This document shows, piece by piece, positions 18,055 through 27,704 of a stretch of DNA of 64,000 nucleotides. Below the pieces are notes generated by a model. It saw nothing but the letters and a program-made list of their open reading frames with translations, was not told the DNA's origin and ran no database searches. The stretch comes from Candidatus Ozemobacteraceae bacterium (lineage in GTDB: Bacteria; Muiribacteriota; Ozemobacteria; Ozemobacterales; Ozemobacteraceae). Position 1 is the first letter of the stretch, and every line of letters starts with the position of its first letter. Made by a program: the position numbers and the translations under genes. The stretch spans positions 1,600,001-1,664,000 of the forward strand of contig OZ223236.1 of assembly GCA_965140445.1 (NCBI GenBank), read 5' to 3'.

Positions 18055-20877
18055 TTATTCTAGATTCTCAATCGCTTTAAAGAATCTCAAGGTTTGTTCT
18101 GGTGTTTCTGATTCTACAGTCAGGTATTCTCTTCTAGATAGTTCGTGGTCAAGCTTTTGCTTAATGGACACAATCTCATTTTCTCTTTTCAATAAGAAAG
18201 GGTCATTTTGTGTAAATTTATCATATATCGGGGCCAGTTTTTTCTCTTCGTTGAGAAATGCGTGGGCAGCTATTCCAAGCTCATTTCTTTTTCCATGATG
18301 ATCTTCTGGCAAATTTTGGATCCTTTGACAAAGGTAGTCACCAAGGCCAAATCTGGTCTCCTGCGTTGAGGCTATAAAGCTCGTAATTTTTGAATTTGAA
18401 TCTCGACGAGAAAGAAAAATATCGAACCGCATTCTTGATTCAATTTCATGACAGAGCTCATGGAGCTTAAACTTGTTTTTTTCCATTAATTCGGGGTTGT
18501 TCTGAGAAATTATTGTTATTGGCGCTCCAGGAAATGGTTTTAGCTCATTTACTGTTTGCGAGGAAGCTGAATCAATAACAAAACCAGGGCAATCCAACCC
18601 AAGATTCAGTAAATTGTAGAATGTCTTTAACCTGTCGGCAGGCCCAACAAAGGGATTTCGCATTAGTAGAAACCCACGAGACGTCATTCCCTGAGCCTCA
18701 ATTGCTTTGACCACATTTTTAATGTCAGTGAAACTATAGCTCGGAGCCTGTGAGCTAAGGTGTGTTTTAAGAAGCTGGAAGCTGGTTTTAAGGAGTTGAA
18801 TCGACGAATCGGTATACGAATCAATGCCAATAACAATTTCGTCTATTCCAAGGCCCTTATAGGCCTTTATAAGATCTGTATTAATTTTGTCCGGCGAATC
18901 GTTGCGCAAAAATCCCTGCAGCCCATTGTGGCGAATGAAAAACTCAAAGAATCTAAGCAGATCCCTCGATTGAAGTTCACTCAAAAGCTGTGAGACACGT
19001 TCAGGGGCCTTGTTAAAGTTGCTATCCAGGAAGTAAACATCGAGATACTCATTGTTTTGAAGGGAAAATCTGTCTTTCAAATTCTGGAGAATGTCGGCGA
19101 CTTTAGTTGGTGAAAGCGGGGTGAATGGTATAAATCCGCCCGAACAGCAAATTGAACACTCATTCCCGCATCCGCGACTTGTTAATAACAAGAATGAGCC
19201 CTTGGCTGCGTGGGGACGGCGTTTAACTGCGAAATACTCTTTGAGAAAGAGGTCGTAATCCTCTGAGTAAACCTGTCGCAAGCTTTCCGGGCATAGGGTT
19301 AACTGATTTAAGCCTTCTGTTGTTAATACGAAACGCCTGTCAATTCGACTTATAGCTACCGCATCCAATGCAATGCGCTGAATGACGCCTTTGTGCTTAA
19401 ATACTTCGCGTGCCGAAAAGTTGGAAGAGGCAAGATCCTCAAGGATATTTACCAGCCTGCCGCCTTGTTCATCGCCTAATACAAGGGTGGCTGCTTCTGC
19501 ACCTCCTGCTGCTTCCGGTTCCAGGACGGGGCCAAGACCTGTAGCTATACAATACACCTCGTTTGGAAGGATTCCGCGGGGCCTGTGAGGAGTGTGATAA
19601 TCTGGCGAGAAATAAGATTCCTCCGAGGAGTTCGCTGTTCGATAAATCCATATTCTGGAGGATTCTGCCGGCTTAATATTGAATCCATCAAGCTTGAATT
19701 CTTCACAGGTTGCGGCAGCGAGAAGGCCCTCTTCTGCCTCTGCTGAAATCGAGTTCAGACCCTGGATATGAACGTCTTTTTCCAGCGGAAGTGTTGTTTT
19801 AATGAACAAATGAGTATTTTCTTCAAATTCATGCGTTGAAGAGAGAATTTTTTCCGAGAGTTCTTCGAGGTCGATCTGATCGCCTTTCATTTCTCCAATG
19901 AAATCGTTGTCTAACCAAATTGTAGCTTTGTCTTTGTGGTCAGAAATAAGCAGTTGCCAGTTTGATTTAAAAGAGACTTTTGAGCCTTTTCCAGAGAAGG
20001 TCGCAGAAATTTTTTCCTGTGCCAGTTTATCTGAGATAAAAATTGAAATCTCAGAGTTTTGCTTCATAATTTCATACAACCGAAAGTAACTGCAAACTGT
20101 TTTAGAAATGGATGTGGCTTGCGGAATCAGGAGCTTTTGATTAATAGTTCTTAGATACATGTGAAATGGCAACTTTGTTAATGGGCTGGGAAACTCTTTC
20201 AGAAATCGTTTTGTCATTCTTATGCGAAATAATCTGGCAAGAAATTTTATAAGCTCTGGAATGATAATCGGAAGCTGTCGCATATGTTCTTCAAAGCTTC
20301 CGAAGTCACTAATTATTCGTATGGAGCAGCAGGGGATATTGCTTTCTTTTGCAAGTCTGGCAATATGAGCGTCTTCCATTTCAAGGATTTCAGTTTCAGG
20401 AAACTTTGCAATGATTTCACTTTTTTGTTCTTTTGTGTCTATAAAAACATCAGATGAATAACCTCTGACAATGCGAGCGGTCACACCGTGGCAGGCCGAA
20501 TAAAAAAGTTCTTCAATCAGACTTTCGTTGAAATTGTATCGATCTGTTGTTGTTGAGGTTTGTTGTGTAATTGCAAAATCACCGATTTTTAAAGAATCGG
20601 AAAGCGCCATTGCAGTTCCGACAACAAAAATCTCAGATGGCGCAGCCTGCATTATTGCTTGTGAGAGTGAACCCAGCAAAGCTTCAATTTTGTCGCCAAA
20701 TGGCAACCTGAGAAGCCAGACTTTGCTTCCGTGAATTTCTCCCTGAAAGAGATCTGAAGGGGCTTGAGCTATTTTACAGTGAAATTTGCCATTGATTAAT
20801 TTTTGCAGAGCACTAAACTCAACCGGGTCCAGGCAGAGCAAAAGTGGGAAAGATTTTGCTACGTCTATTTTAGTCAT
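18055..20877 (-). CDS. Fusion: MTA/SAH nucleosidase (PNP_UDP fold) plus C-terminal radical SAM domain
   Basis: N-terminal VGTA, SSDVFI, LEME and IRIISD; C-terminal TSRGCGNECSIC (CxxxCxxC), GIDS and PFPGAP. Confidence 0.72.
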   Translation of the reverse strand: MTKIDVAKSFPLLLCLDPVEFSALQKLINGKFHCKIAQAPSDLFQGEIHGSKVWLLRLPFGDKIEALLGSLSQAIMQAAPSEIFVVGTAMALSDSLKIGDFAITQQTSTTTDRYNFNESLIEELFYSACHGVTARIVRGYSSDVFIDTKEQKSEIIAKFPETEILEMEDAHIARLAKESNIPCCSIRIISDFGSFEEHMRQLPIIIPELIKFLARLFRIRMTKRFLKEFPSPLTKLPFHMYLRTINQKLLIPQATSISKTVCSYFRLYEIMKQNSEISIFISDKLAQEKISATFSGKGSKVSFKSNWQLLISDHKDKATIWLDNDFIGEMKGDQIDLEELSEKILSSTHEFEENTHLFIKTTLPLEKDVHIQGLNSISAEAEEGLLAAATCEEFKLDGFNIKPAESSRIWIYRTANSSEESYFSPDYHTPHRPRGILPNEVYCIATGLGPVLEPEAAGGAEAATLVLGDEQGGRLVNILEDLASSNFSAREVFKHKGVIQRIALDAVAISRIDRRFVLTTEGLNQLTLCPESLRQVYSEDYDLFLKEYFAVKRRPHAAKGSFLLLTSRGCGNECSICCSGGFIPFTPLSPTKVADILQNLKDRFSLQNNEYLDVYFLDSNFNKAPERVSQLLSELQSRDLLRFFEFFIRHNGLQGFLRNDSPDKINTDLIKAYKGLGIDEIVIGIDSYTDSSIQLLKTSFQLLKTHLSSQAPSYSFTDIKNVVKAIEAQGMTSRGFLLMRNPFVGPADRLKTFYNLLNLGLDCPGFVIDSASSQTVNELKPFPGAPITIISQNNPELMEKNKFKLHELCHEIESRMRFDIFLSRRDSNSKITSFIASTQETRFGLGDYLCQRIQNLPEDHHGKRNELGIAAHAFLNEEKKLAPIYDKFTQNDPFLLKRENEIVSIKQKLDHELSRREYLTVESETPEQTLRFFKAIENLE

Positions 20878-20878
20878 T

Positions 20879-21748
20879 TCAGTTTTTTCCAAACTTTGTA
20901 AAGCCCAGTATTTTTAGATTCTGATTTAACCGGTCAAAGATAGCTTTGTTTTCCGGTATGCTATCAGCTTCTACCAGATATTTCTGGATGCTTGTTTTAA
21001 GCTCTTCAGGCAGGTCATTTCTTATAACTATTGGGTCTGGTTTTATCTTTTCTGTCTTTGCAATAACTTTTACTGGAAGATCTTCTCTTAAGCTTCCGTC
21101 CGAATTTCTTAAAATAAAATCAGAAACTGCTCCGGCATCAACTTTCTTGTTAATAACGTCTTCCAGGCAACGGTCATGGGTTCCCGCAAAGCTAATTTTC
21201 TTAAAGAAAGTGCCGGGAAGAATGCCATTTTCCTTGAAAAGCAGGTTGGGGTATATAAATCCACTATTCGATTGTCGGTCAACGTAGGAAAAACTTTTGT
21301 CCTTGAGATCCTGAATTTTAATAATTGATGATTCGGAATGACAGATTATTGCCCCTTGATATGTGCTGCCCTCTAAAACCTTTGGCGAGCAGATTGCCGA
21401 CATTTGATTATTCAAGTTCGTGCCTTCTCTTTGTGAAAACCAGCCTATTTCAATCTTTTTCTGGGCAATAACCTTTTCCAACTCAGAGTAATCGTTCAGA
21501 ATCAGAATATTAATTTTTCTTCCAATTTTTGGCTCAAGATATTTCACTAAAGGTGATAGGCTTTCAATAAGCTTCTCGTCTTCTACAAAGGGGAAAACAC
21601 CAAAATTCAAAGGGGCTTTTGAGGAAAAAATTATTTTGCCCGCTGTTTTTGTGTCGCTGCTACAGCCATTCATAACAAGTATTAGCACGCAAAAAATCAA
21701 AAAAGAAATTTTCTGCTTAAGGTTCTTTTTTAATAGAAATTGTTTCAT
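20879..21748 (-). CDS. PhnD-like phosphate/phosphonate-binding lipoprotein
   Basis: Lipobox MNGC; DLKDKSFSYVDRQSNSGFIYP, FAGTHD and VDAGA. No phnC/phnE nearby. Confidence 0.82.
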   Translation of the reverse strand: MKQFLLKKNLKQKISFLIFCVLILVMNGCSSDTKTAGKIIFSSKAPLNFGVFPFVEDEKLIESLSPLVKYLEPKIGRKINILILNDYSELEKVIAQKKIEIGWFSQREGTNLNNQMSAICSPKVLEGSTYQGAIICHSESSIIKIQDLKDKSFSYVDRQSNSGFIYPNLLFKENGILPGTFFKKISFAGTHDRCLEDVINKKVDAGAVSDFILRNSDGSLREDLPVKVIAKTEKIKPDPIVIRNDLPEELKTSIQKYLVEADSIPENKAIFDRLNQNLKILGFTKFGKN

Positions 21749-24510
21749 TCATGATTTCCGTTTCTATCAGCTTTTGAAGCTAATTCATGCAGTTGTTTTT
21801 CAGTTAGCGAAAAAGATGTTTGAAACTCTTTCAAAAAGTTACCTTTATCCTTTTCTACTGATAAGATTTTAACAAAAATACCAGGGATTCCGGCAGGTAA
21901 CGAAGATTCTAAATATTCTAGCCCTGTTGATATGTAGAATTGATCACCTTTAGAAAGCGCTTTAATTGCTTCGAGAACTTTTTCAGGGTTTTCAGAATCA
22001 ATTGATAAAAAACTTATCAGAAGGTCTAATCTTTGATCTGTTTCAATATTTGCAATTGGTTTATTTTCTGGATTCAAATCACCGCATTTTTCCCTATAAA
22101 AGCCTAAAGCCTTTCCCTGTATGTATTTTAGGATTTCCCAATGGAGAATAAATCTGAATTCGCTTAAAGCCTTTTTTTGCCAAAGATTTTCAAGAAGTCT
22201 GGTTAAATTTTTATCACTTATCTGTATTCTCTGAATGGCTGAACTGATAGTCGCAAAAAACTTATCAGGCTCGATTGAATGATTTAATTCTTCTTCCAAA
22301 ATAAAATGCAGCACTGTCTTAAAATATTCTCTGAAATCCTCGCAGTTGTTTTCTGTGAGTAGCTTGCAGAAGGTTGCTCTTGCCCCGGCATTTTCTAGTT
22401 TTAGTAACTCTTTGAGTAAGGAAATGGTTTCTCCGGAAATTCCAGAAAATTTTCCCTCTATTGAAGCTCTTTCAGATTTGCTTAGACTGTCCAGGATACT
22501 TGCAATATCGTTTTCCAGGCTCAGCTCAATTTTTTGTTTCTGGAGTTTGGCCAGATTCTTGATGCTGGAATTTGTGTCTGATTCAGAAAGTTTCTGAAGG
22601 CCATTGAGAATCTCCGGCGCAGGGAATTTTCCAGAAATTCTTATTCCGGCATTTGCGATTTGTTCATCTGCAGAATTGATTGCAGCTAAAACTTCTGGAA
22701 TAAAAATTGGAAGCCCGGTTTTTTCAATGGCTGAAAGCGCGGCAATCGTAGATTCAGGGTTTTGTTTATTTTTTAGCAGGTTTTTTAAAGTTTGAAGTGA
22801 TTTGAATATAAGATCTTCACAGATGGAAATCTGAAGAATTGATGTCAAAGCTGCAGCTTGAACCCTCGGAACTGGATCTTGCAAATGGTATTCAAGTAGT
22901 TCTTCTATATCTGAGCGATTTTTTGTTTCTCCAAGTCCTTCGAGAAAATTTGCCAGAACGCGGGGAAATGAAGCAAACTCTGAACACAGGCTTTGGATTT
23001 TTTCAATTGTTTCACCTTGAAAATTCTTAGCCAGAAGTCTTGCTGCAAGAGATTGAACCTTGGGTTCATTATGATCTTTTGTAAGAGGCAACAATAATTC
23101 GTTTCCATTTTCTGCAGAAAGGTGAGTTATTTGACTTATGGCCAGCAGCCTCTTTTCGCCACTAGATCTATCAATCAAATCTTTAAGCAAAGCCTGTTTA
23201 AGCTGTTGATCCTTATTTGCAAGAATTGCCTGAAAAAGATCACCCGAAGAGGCGTCATTTCTGGCAATAGTTCTTTCTAATTCCTGTTTATATCCCTTTT
23301 CCAGAGGGGTGCAAAGATAGAGCATAATCCCGAAAACTATTGCCAGAAGAACAAAGGCCGAGCTTGTGCCAAGATAGGATTGGAAAAGAATAAGGGAAAC
23401 TCCGGATATCATTGCACCAAATGATGCTGTTAAACCATTTACTCCCAATAGTTTCATTCTTTGATCTGAAGGAAAAATACTATATAAAAGGGTGAAGGAT
23501 GAATTATAAAAAGATTTTACCAGAAAGGTGAACAGGAATTGAGTGGCGATAATCCACCAGAAACCGGTTTTTAAAGTCGTCAAAATGCACATTGGGAGTA
23601 TGATTGCCGGTAAGATCCTTGTTGAATTTATAATTCCAGCTTTTTTAAAAAAGTAGCCAGCGAAACCGAGTTGGGAAATCAAAACCAGCGAATCAGTAAT
23701 CGAGCTATAAATTGCTATAAATCCTGCCAGTTCTTCAGGCGAAGGATAGTTTTGGGTGATAGCTCGTGAATACTGAAAGTCCATCCAATATTTTCCCAGC
23801 ATGTTTAAGAAGGTTATCGCAATGATTAGTTTTCCAAGCGATGAGAACGAAAAAACAGATGGGGCAGGGGATTTTTCCTTTTCTATTTTGTCCGGTTCTT
23901 CAACAGCTGTATCTGGTCTGCTTGATTTTGGGTATGCCATGAGAATCAGGATTCCAATTGAGAAAACTGCAGTTCCTGCCATCGCCAAAGTTTTTAATGA
24001 AATGATATTCAAACTGAGTCTTATAAAAAAACCGCTTACAATAAAGCTAAGGCTACCAAAACCTGTTATGACTGGAAGATACCTTTTGGCTTCCTGAAGA
24101 GGAAATACGTCGTTAACGAAATGTGAGAAAAACTGGCTGAAAAATAGATCAAAAATCATTACCAGTAATAGATAAAAAACAGTTACAGCAGCCGATTCTG
24201 CTGAAAATAAAATGAATCTGCAAAACAGAAAGAATAAAAACACCCAGGTAAGGTATTTTAAATAATCTCTGGAAGCACCTTTTAGCTTGCTTATAGAAAA
24301 AAACTGCAGAGAAATATAAACAACATTCATGGCGGTATATACATAAGGAAGCTTATCTACGCCTGCTACAGTAAAAAAGGTTGTTTGAGAGGTTACAAAG
24401 AAGATGTTTATTGAGGCGCGCATCAAAAATTGGAAAATGCATAATCCCCAAATCCTGAAAGACAGGAAAGAGAAATCAAGTTTTTCTTTTACTGAGGCAC
24501 TTTCAACCAT
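21745..24510 (-). CDS. MFS / Npt1-like (TLC ATP/ADP translocase-related) transporter fused to HEAT repeats
   Basis: About 12 TM helices with AGVDKLPYVY, FPLQEAKRYLP and MDFQY; C-terminal helical repeats (LQDPVPRVQAAAL); TAATG coupling at 24510. Confidence 0.7.
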   Translation of the reverse strand: MVESASVKEKLDFSFLSFRIWGLCIFQFLMRASINIFFVTSQTTFFTVAGVDKLPYVYTAMNVVYISLQFFSISKLKGASRDYLKYLTWVFLFFLFCRFILFSAESAAVTVFYLLLVMIFDLFFSQFFSHFVNDVFPLQEAKRYLPVITGFGSLSFIVSGFFIRLSLNIISLKTLAMAGTAVFSIGILILMAYPKSSRPDTAVEEPDKIEKEKSPAPSVFSFSSLGKLIIAITFLNMLGKYWMDFQYSRAITQNYPSPEELAGFIAIYSSITDSLVLISQLGFAGYFFKKAGIINSTRILPAIILPMCILTTLKTGFWWIIATQFLFTFLVKSFYNSSFTLLYSIFPSDQRMKLLGVNGLTASFGAMISGVSLILFQSYLGTSSAFVLLAIVFGIMLYLCTPLEKGYKQELERTIARNDASSGDLFQAILANKDQQLKQALLKDLIDRSSGEKRLLAISQITHLSAENGNELLLPLTKDHNEPKVQSLAARLLAKNFQGETIEKIQSLCSEFASFPRVLANFLEGLGETKNRSDIEELLEYHLQDPVPRVQAAALTSILQISICEDLIFKSLQTLKNLLKNKQNPESTIAALSAIEKTGLPIFIPEVLAAINSADEQIANAGIRISGKFPAPEILNGLQKLSESDTNSSIKNLAKLQKQKIELSLENDIASILDSLSKSERASIEGKFSGISGETISLLKELLKLENAGARATFCKLLTENNCEDFREYFKTVLHFILEEELNHSIEPDKFFATISSAIQRIQISDKNLTRLLENLWQKKALSEFRFILHWEILKYIQGKALGFYREKCGDLNPENKPIANIETDQRLDLLISFLSIDSENPEKVLEAIKALSKGDQFYISTGLEYLESSLPAGIPGIFVKILSVEKDKGNFLKEFQTSFSLTEKQLHELASKADRNGNHE

Positions 24511-25697
24511 TATTCCGCTTTGTCCTCTGATTTTGTTTTTTTCCACATTTCAGAGATGATAGCTTTGCGCTGGAGAGACTCGGCAAGACTGTTAGCCGCT
24601 TTTGCAGCTTTTCCCAGATCATCGTTATTTTCTAAAATGATGCGATGAGAGTAGATTCCCGACTCAAGTTTCTGCAGGCCCTGTATCAATTTCTGAATTG
24701 GAGATGAAATAAGCCTGGTTAGGAAAAAACTGGCAAAAGCAGCAAGAATTATAGTGAATAAAAGAATGGAGATGAAATTTTCTCTAATCTCATCTATCAG
24801 CCTGAAAGCGCTTTTGGAAGCCTGTCCTACGGCAACAAAGCTATCGAGAAATCTATTGTAGGAAAAAGAAAGCAAATCGGATTCATTCCCATTGGCAACT
24901 TTTATGGTTTTAAAGTTTATTTCTGGATCAACTCCAAGTTGATCTCTATCAATGTCAAATTTTATTGCTCTAAGCGAAAGTCTGTCTCCTTTTCGAGCAA
25001 TAATTTCTCCCTGTTGGTTGAATATGCAGGCGTAGGTTTGTTCATCTTCTGATGAAGAATCCAATAAAGACTGGATTTGAGAGCCAGACAAAATGGCCGT
25101 TGCAAGACAAATGCCAGCAAACTCTGAGGGTTGCGAAAAGTGTCTAATTGGAATAATGAATAGGTGATTTACTCCAGAATTCAAAAAGCTAAAGGAATTT
25201 TTCTCTCCGGTTGCAAATGATTGTCGGATTTTTTCAAATGCAGGAGCTAAACCGCGAAATTGCTTTATTTCAAGACTTGAGACCGGCTTTCCTAAAAGTC
25301 TTGCAAGCGTTTGCCCAGTGTGACGCCCTGCAGCTCCCATTAGCTGGAAATTTTTATCAAAAACTAGAATTTCTCTAAAAAATGTGTTGTTTACCAGGAA
25401 ATTTAGGCCAGGAGCTTCTATTTCATTTTGAGCAAAGCTTTGTAGCTCAGGCAATCTGGAAAAAGCCTTTAGATGATCCAGTTGAGAGTTTAAATATACG
25501 TTGAGTCCATTTTCTATGATTTTTAACTCGGACTGATGATTTTTGACAACCAGCTTATCAATGGCTTTCGAGGAGAGATTCAACGTTATCAGGCCCAGCG
25601 TTAAAATCGGGAGTATTGCAGAAGCGAAAATGAAAATGCCAAGCTTTATGTGAAATGGCATTGGGGCAGGATGGGAAGGGGCGTTTTCCGGCGGCAT
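24510..25697 (-). CDS. TM-Cache-TM-HAMP sensor with no cytoplasmic output domain
   Basis: Two TM helices flank a periplasmic region; ISSPIQKL..NDDLGKAAKAANSL HAMP is followed by a stop about 20 aa later. Confidence 0.75.
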   Translation of the reverse strand: MPPENAPSHPAPMPFHIKLGIFIFASAILPILTLGLITLNLSSKAIDKLVVKNHQSELKIIENGLNVYLNSQLDHLKAFSRLPELQSFAQNEIEAPGLNFLVNNTFFREILVFDKNFQLMGAAGRHTGQTLARLLGKPVSSLEIKQFRGLAPAFEKIRQSFATGEKNSFSFLNSGVNHLFIIPIRHFSQPSEFAGICLATAILSGSQIQSLLDSSSEDEQTYACIFNQQGEIIARKGDRLSLRAIKFDIDRDQLGVDPEINFKTIKVANGNESDLLSFSYNRFLDSFVAVGQASKSAFRLIDEIRENFISILLFTIILAAFASFFLTRLISSPIQKLIQGLQKLESGIYSHRIILENNDDLGKAAKAANSLAESLQRKAIISEMWKKTKSEDKAE

Positions 25698-25839
25698 TTG
25701 CTTCTCCGTTTCATTGGATAGAAAGAAATTTTGCAGAATCAAAATAGCTCTGACTATTGTGGATTCTTATTGCATTATAATAAGTGATAGAGCAAAATAT
25801 CGCCAGAGTAAAACGGGGAAAATCCCTTTGCGCTACTAG

Positions 25840-26979
25840 TTAAATGACTTCAACTGGAACAGATAAGCTGAAGGTTGTTCCAGAGTCCGGGGTAGACTCG
25901 AAGATTATTTTGGCACAGAGCGCGTCTTCTGACAGAAGTTTCATTGAATAGGTTCCGACTCCATGTCCTTCACCTTTTGCAGAAACAATATTACGCTGAA
26001 AAATCCTTGGCTGAATATTTTCAGGAATTACCTTTTCATTCCAGACCTTAAAAATTATGTGATTGCATTGGTCTATTTCAAACCAGAATCTAACCTGTTG
26101 ATTTGCTTTGGAAGCTTCGCATGCATTTATTAGCATATTCTGTAAAACTCTAACTAAAATTACAGGTTCGGTGTAAATATTAATTGGGGGATATGATTCC
26201 GGTATGGCAATAATTATATCCTTGCTGGATGGATGGGCGAGGATAGCATTAATGGCGTCGTTAAAAAGATCCTCAAGAGAAACGGCCTGAAATCTCTGGG
26301 AAAGGTTTTCCATCTTTTCTGTTAAAAGAAAACGCTGAATTTCAACTTCTTTAGCTAGCTTGTGAGCGGCATTGTTTATTGACTGTATCAGCTCAAGATT
26401 CTGGGCAAATTTACTTTCAATTGCCAGTTCGCTCAAGCCAAGAATAGATGTTAATGAATTATTTAAATCGTGAAAAAAGGTTTTTTCAATGCTCGCCAAT
26501 CTTGCTTGTCTGGTGTGATCCTGAATGAAAAAAAGAAGCATGGGTTCTTCTGAAAGATTAAATGGCGCTGCTTTTACACGAAAAACCATATTTTTCATTT
26601 CGCCATTGGAGCATATGCTGATGGCGCAGTCTTTTTCTGTGGTTTTCTGCGAGGTTATTGATGCCAGCATAGCAATTGCAGCTCCGCAAGAGGAGCACAC
26701 CTTGGATGTGCCGCATCCGGATGGTGATTTTCTGGAATTAATGCACCCAGCCGCCTCTCCAAATCGCATTCCAAGAATTGACTGTGCATCTTCGGCACCG
26801 ATATTTTTAAGCAATGTAGTATTTACTGCAATTAGTTGACGATGCTGGTTTAATACCGCAAGCATTCCATCGCTTAAAGACATTAAAGCGTCAACAATTG
26901 AGCTGTTAGCGGCTTCTCTAATTTGTTTTTCCAGCTCAAAAGAAGTGGCGCGCTGCGCGTGTGCAAATGCGGTGCTCAT
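25840..26979 (-). CDS. Soluble sensor histidine kinase with a Cys-rich PAS-like domain
   Basis: H-box FFHDLNN, N-box NMLINACEA, G-box GEGHGVGTY; GC-x8-GCG-x4-CSSC cluster. Confidence 0.88.
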   Translation of the reverse strand: MSTAFAHAQRATSFELEKQIREAANSSIVDALMSLSDGMLAVLNQHRQLIAVNTTLLKNIGAEDAQSILGMRFGEAAGCINSRKSPSGCGTSKVCSSCGAAIAMLASITSQKTTEKDCAISICSNGEMKNMVFRVKAAPFNLSEEPMLLFFIQDHTRQARLASIEKTFFHDLNNSLTSILGLSELAIESKFAQNLELIQSINNAAHKLAKEVEIQRFLLTEKMENLSQRFQAVSLEDLFNDAINAILAHPSSKDIIIAIPESYPPINIYTEPVILVRVLQNMLINACEASKANQQVRFWFEIDQCNHIIFKVWNEKVIPENIQPRIFQRNIVSAKGEGHGVGTYSMKLLSEDALCAKIIFESTPDSGTTFSLSVPVEVI

Positions 26980-27180
26980 AGAGCTCTCCTCTCAGATCGG
27001 TACAACTTTTCTTTCAGTATATCTAATCAGAAAAGTTTAATCAATACAATTAATGCGGCCTGGAACAAAAATTCAGCTTGGCTTTTTCTCGTGCAAGACT
27101 ATTTCAAGCAACACAAATTTAAAGCAGTTATCTGTCATTTCTTTGCAGACAAAACTGTCCAATTTTACTTGCCCACTACA

Positions 27181-27348
27181 GTTGAATCGAAAGAGCTTTT
27201 TTTAAGACTCTTTGGTGCCATGCTGGCTCAATAATAAAGATCTTGGAAGGGCATTTTTGCTGCTAAAAATGCCGCTCTAAGGACAAAAAGCAGATATTAT
27301 TAGACTATTTTACTTTATCTGTAGGACTTTCCGCTGGTCCGACCTGGA
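27181..27348. repeat. Repeat A, copy 1
   Basis: Aligns by eye with 30641-30808 and 33904-34071; contains the palindrome core at 27242-27281. Confidence 0.9.
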
Positions 27349-27392
27349 GTGTGCTGGACCTGGGGTGTGCTGGACTGTGGTTACATGCAGGC

Positions 27393-27704
27393 TTATAGAC
27401 CATAAGCCTCATCATGAGGGCCAAACAAAACAAATTTCAACGTGTTATCTGGAATTTCTTTACAGTCAAAACAGTTTACGATTACATCATCATTCTTTTT
27501 CCGGCAAGCTTCGCAAAACAGGTAAATGATAATGAAATTTTTCTTTACCGGACAGGAATAAAATCCTTGAAAATTGCCTTTAAGAGGCTCCCCAATGGTC
27601 AGGGGGCTTTCTATTATCATATCAACCTTTTTCTTTACAAGCTTTTTTATTGATGAATGTTTATTTAAAGCTTTAACAAAGGCAGATTCAAATTTTACAT
27701 TCAT
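27393..27704 (-). CDS. RelE/ParE-superfamily type II toxin
   Basis: IGEPLKGNFQGFYSCPVKKNFIIIY and GPHDEAY; ATGA overlap with the upstream gene. Confidence 0.75.
   Translation of the reverse strand: MNVKFESAFVKALNKHSSIKKLVKKKVDMIIESPLTIGEPLKGNFQGFYSCPVKKNFIIIYLFCEACRKKNDDVIVNCFDCKEIPDNTLKFVLFGPHDEAYGL

Noticed and set aside
18055..19200. Prokaryotic viperin
   Set aside because: Motif context (TSRGC, GIDS, PFPG) fits other radical SAM subgroups, not viperin.
20879..21748. Phosphonate uptake operon (phnCDE)
   Set aside because: No ABC ATPase or permease genes adjacent.
27181..27187. GTTGAAT (GTTRRRY) at the left edge of repeat A as an integron attC core
   Set aside because: Wrong orientation relative to the minus-strand genes, no conserved partner box, and no integron integrase in the window.
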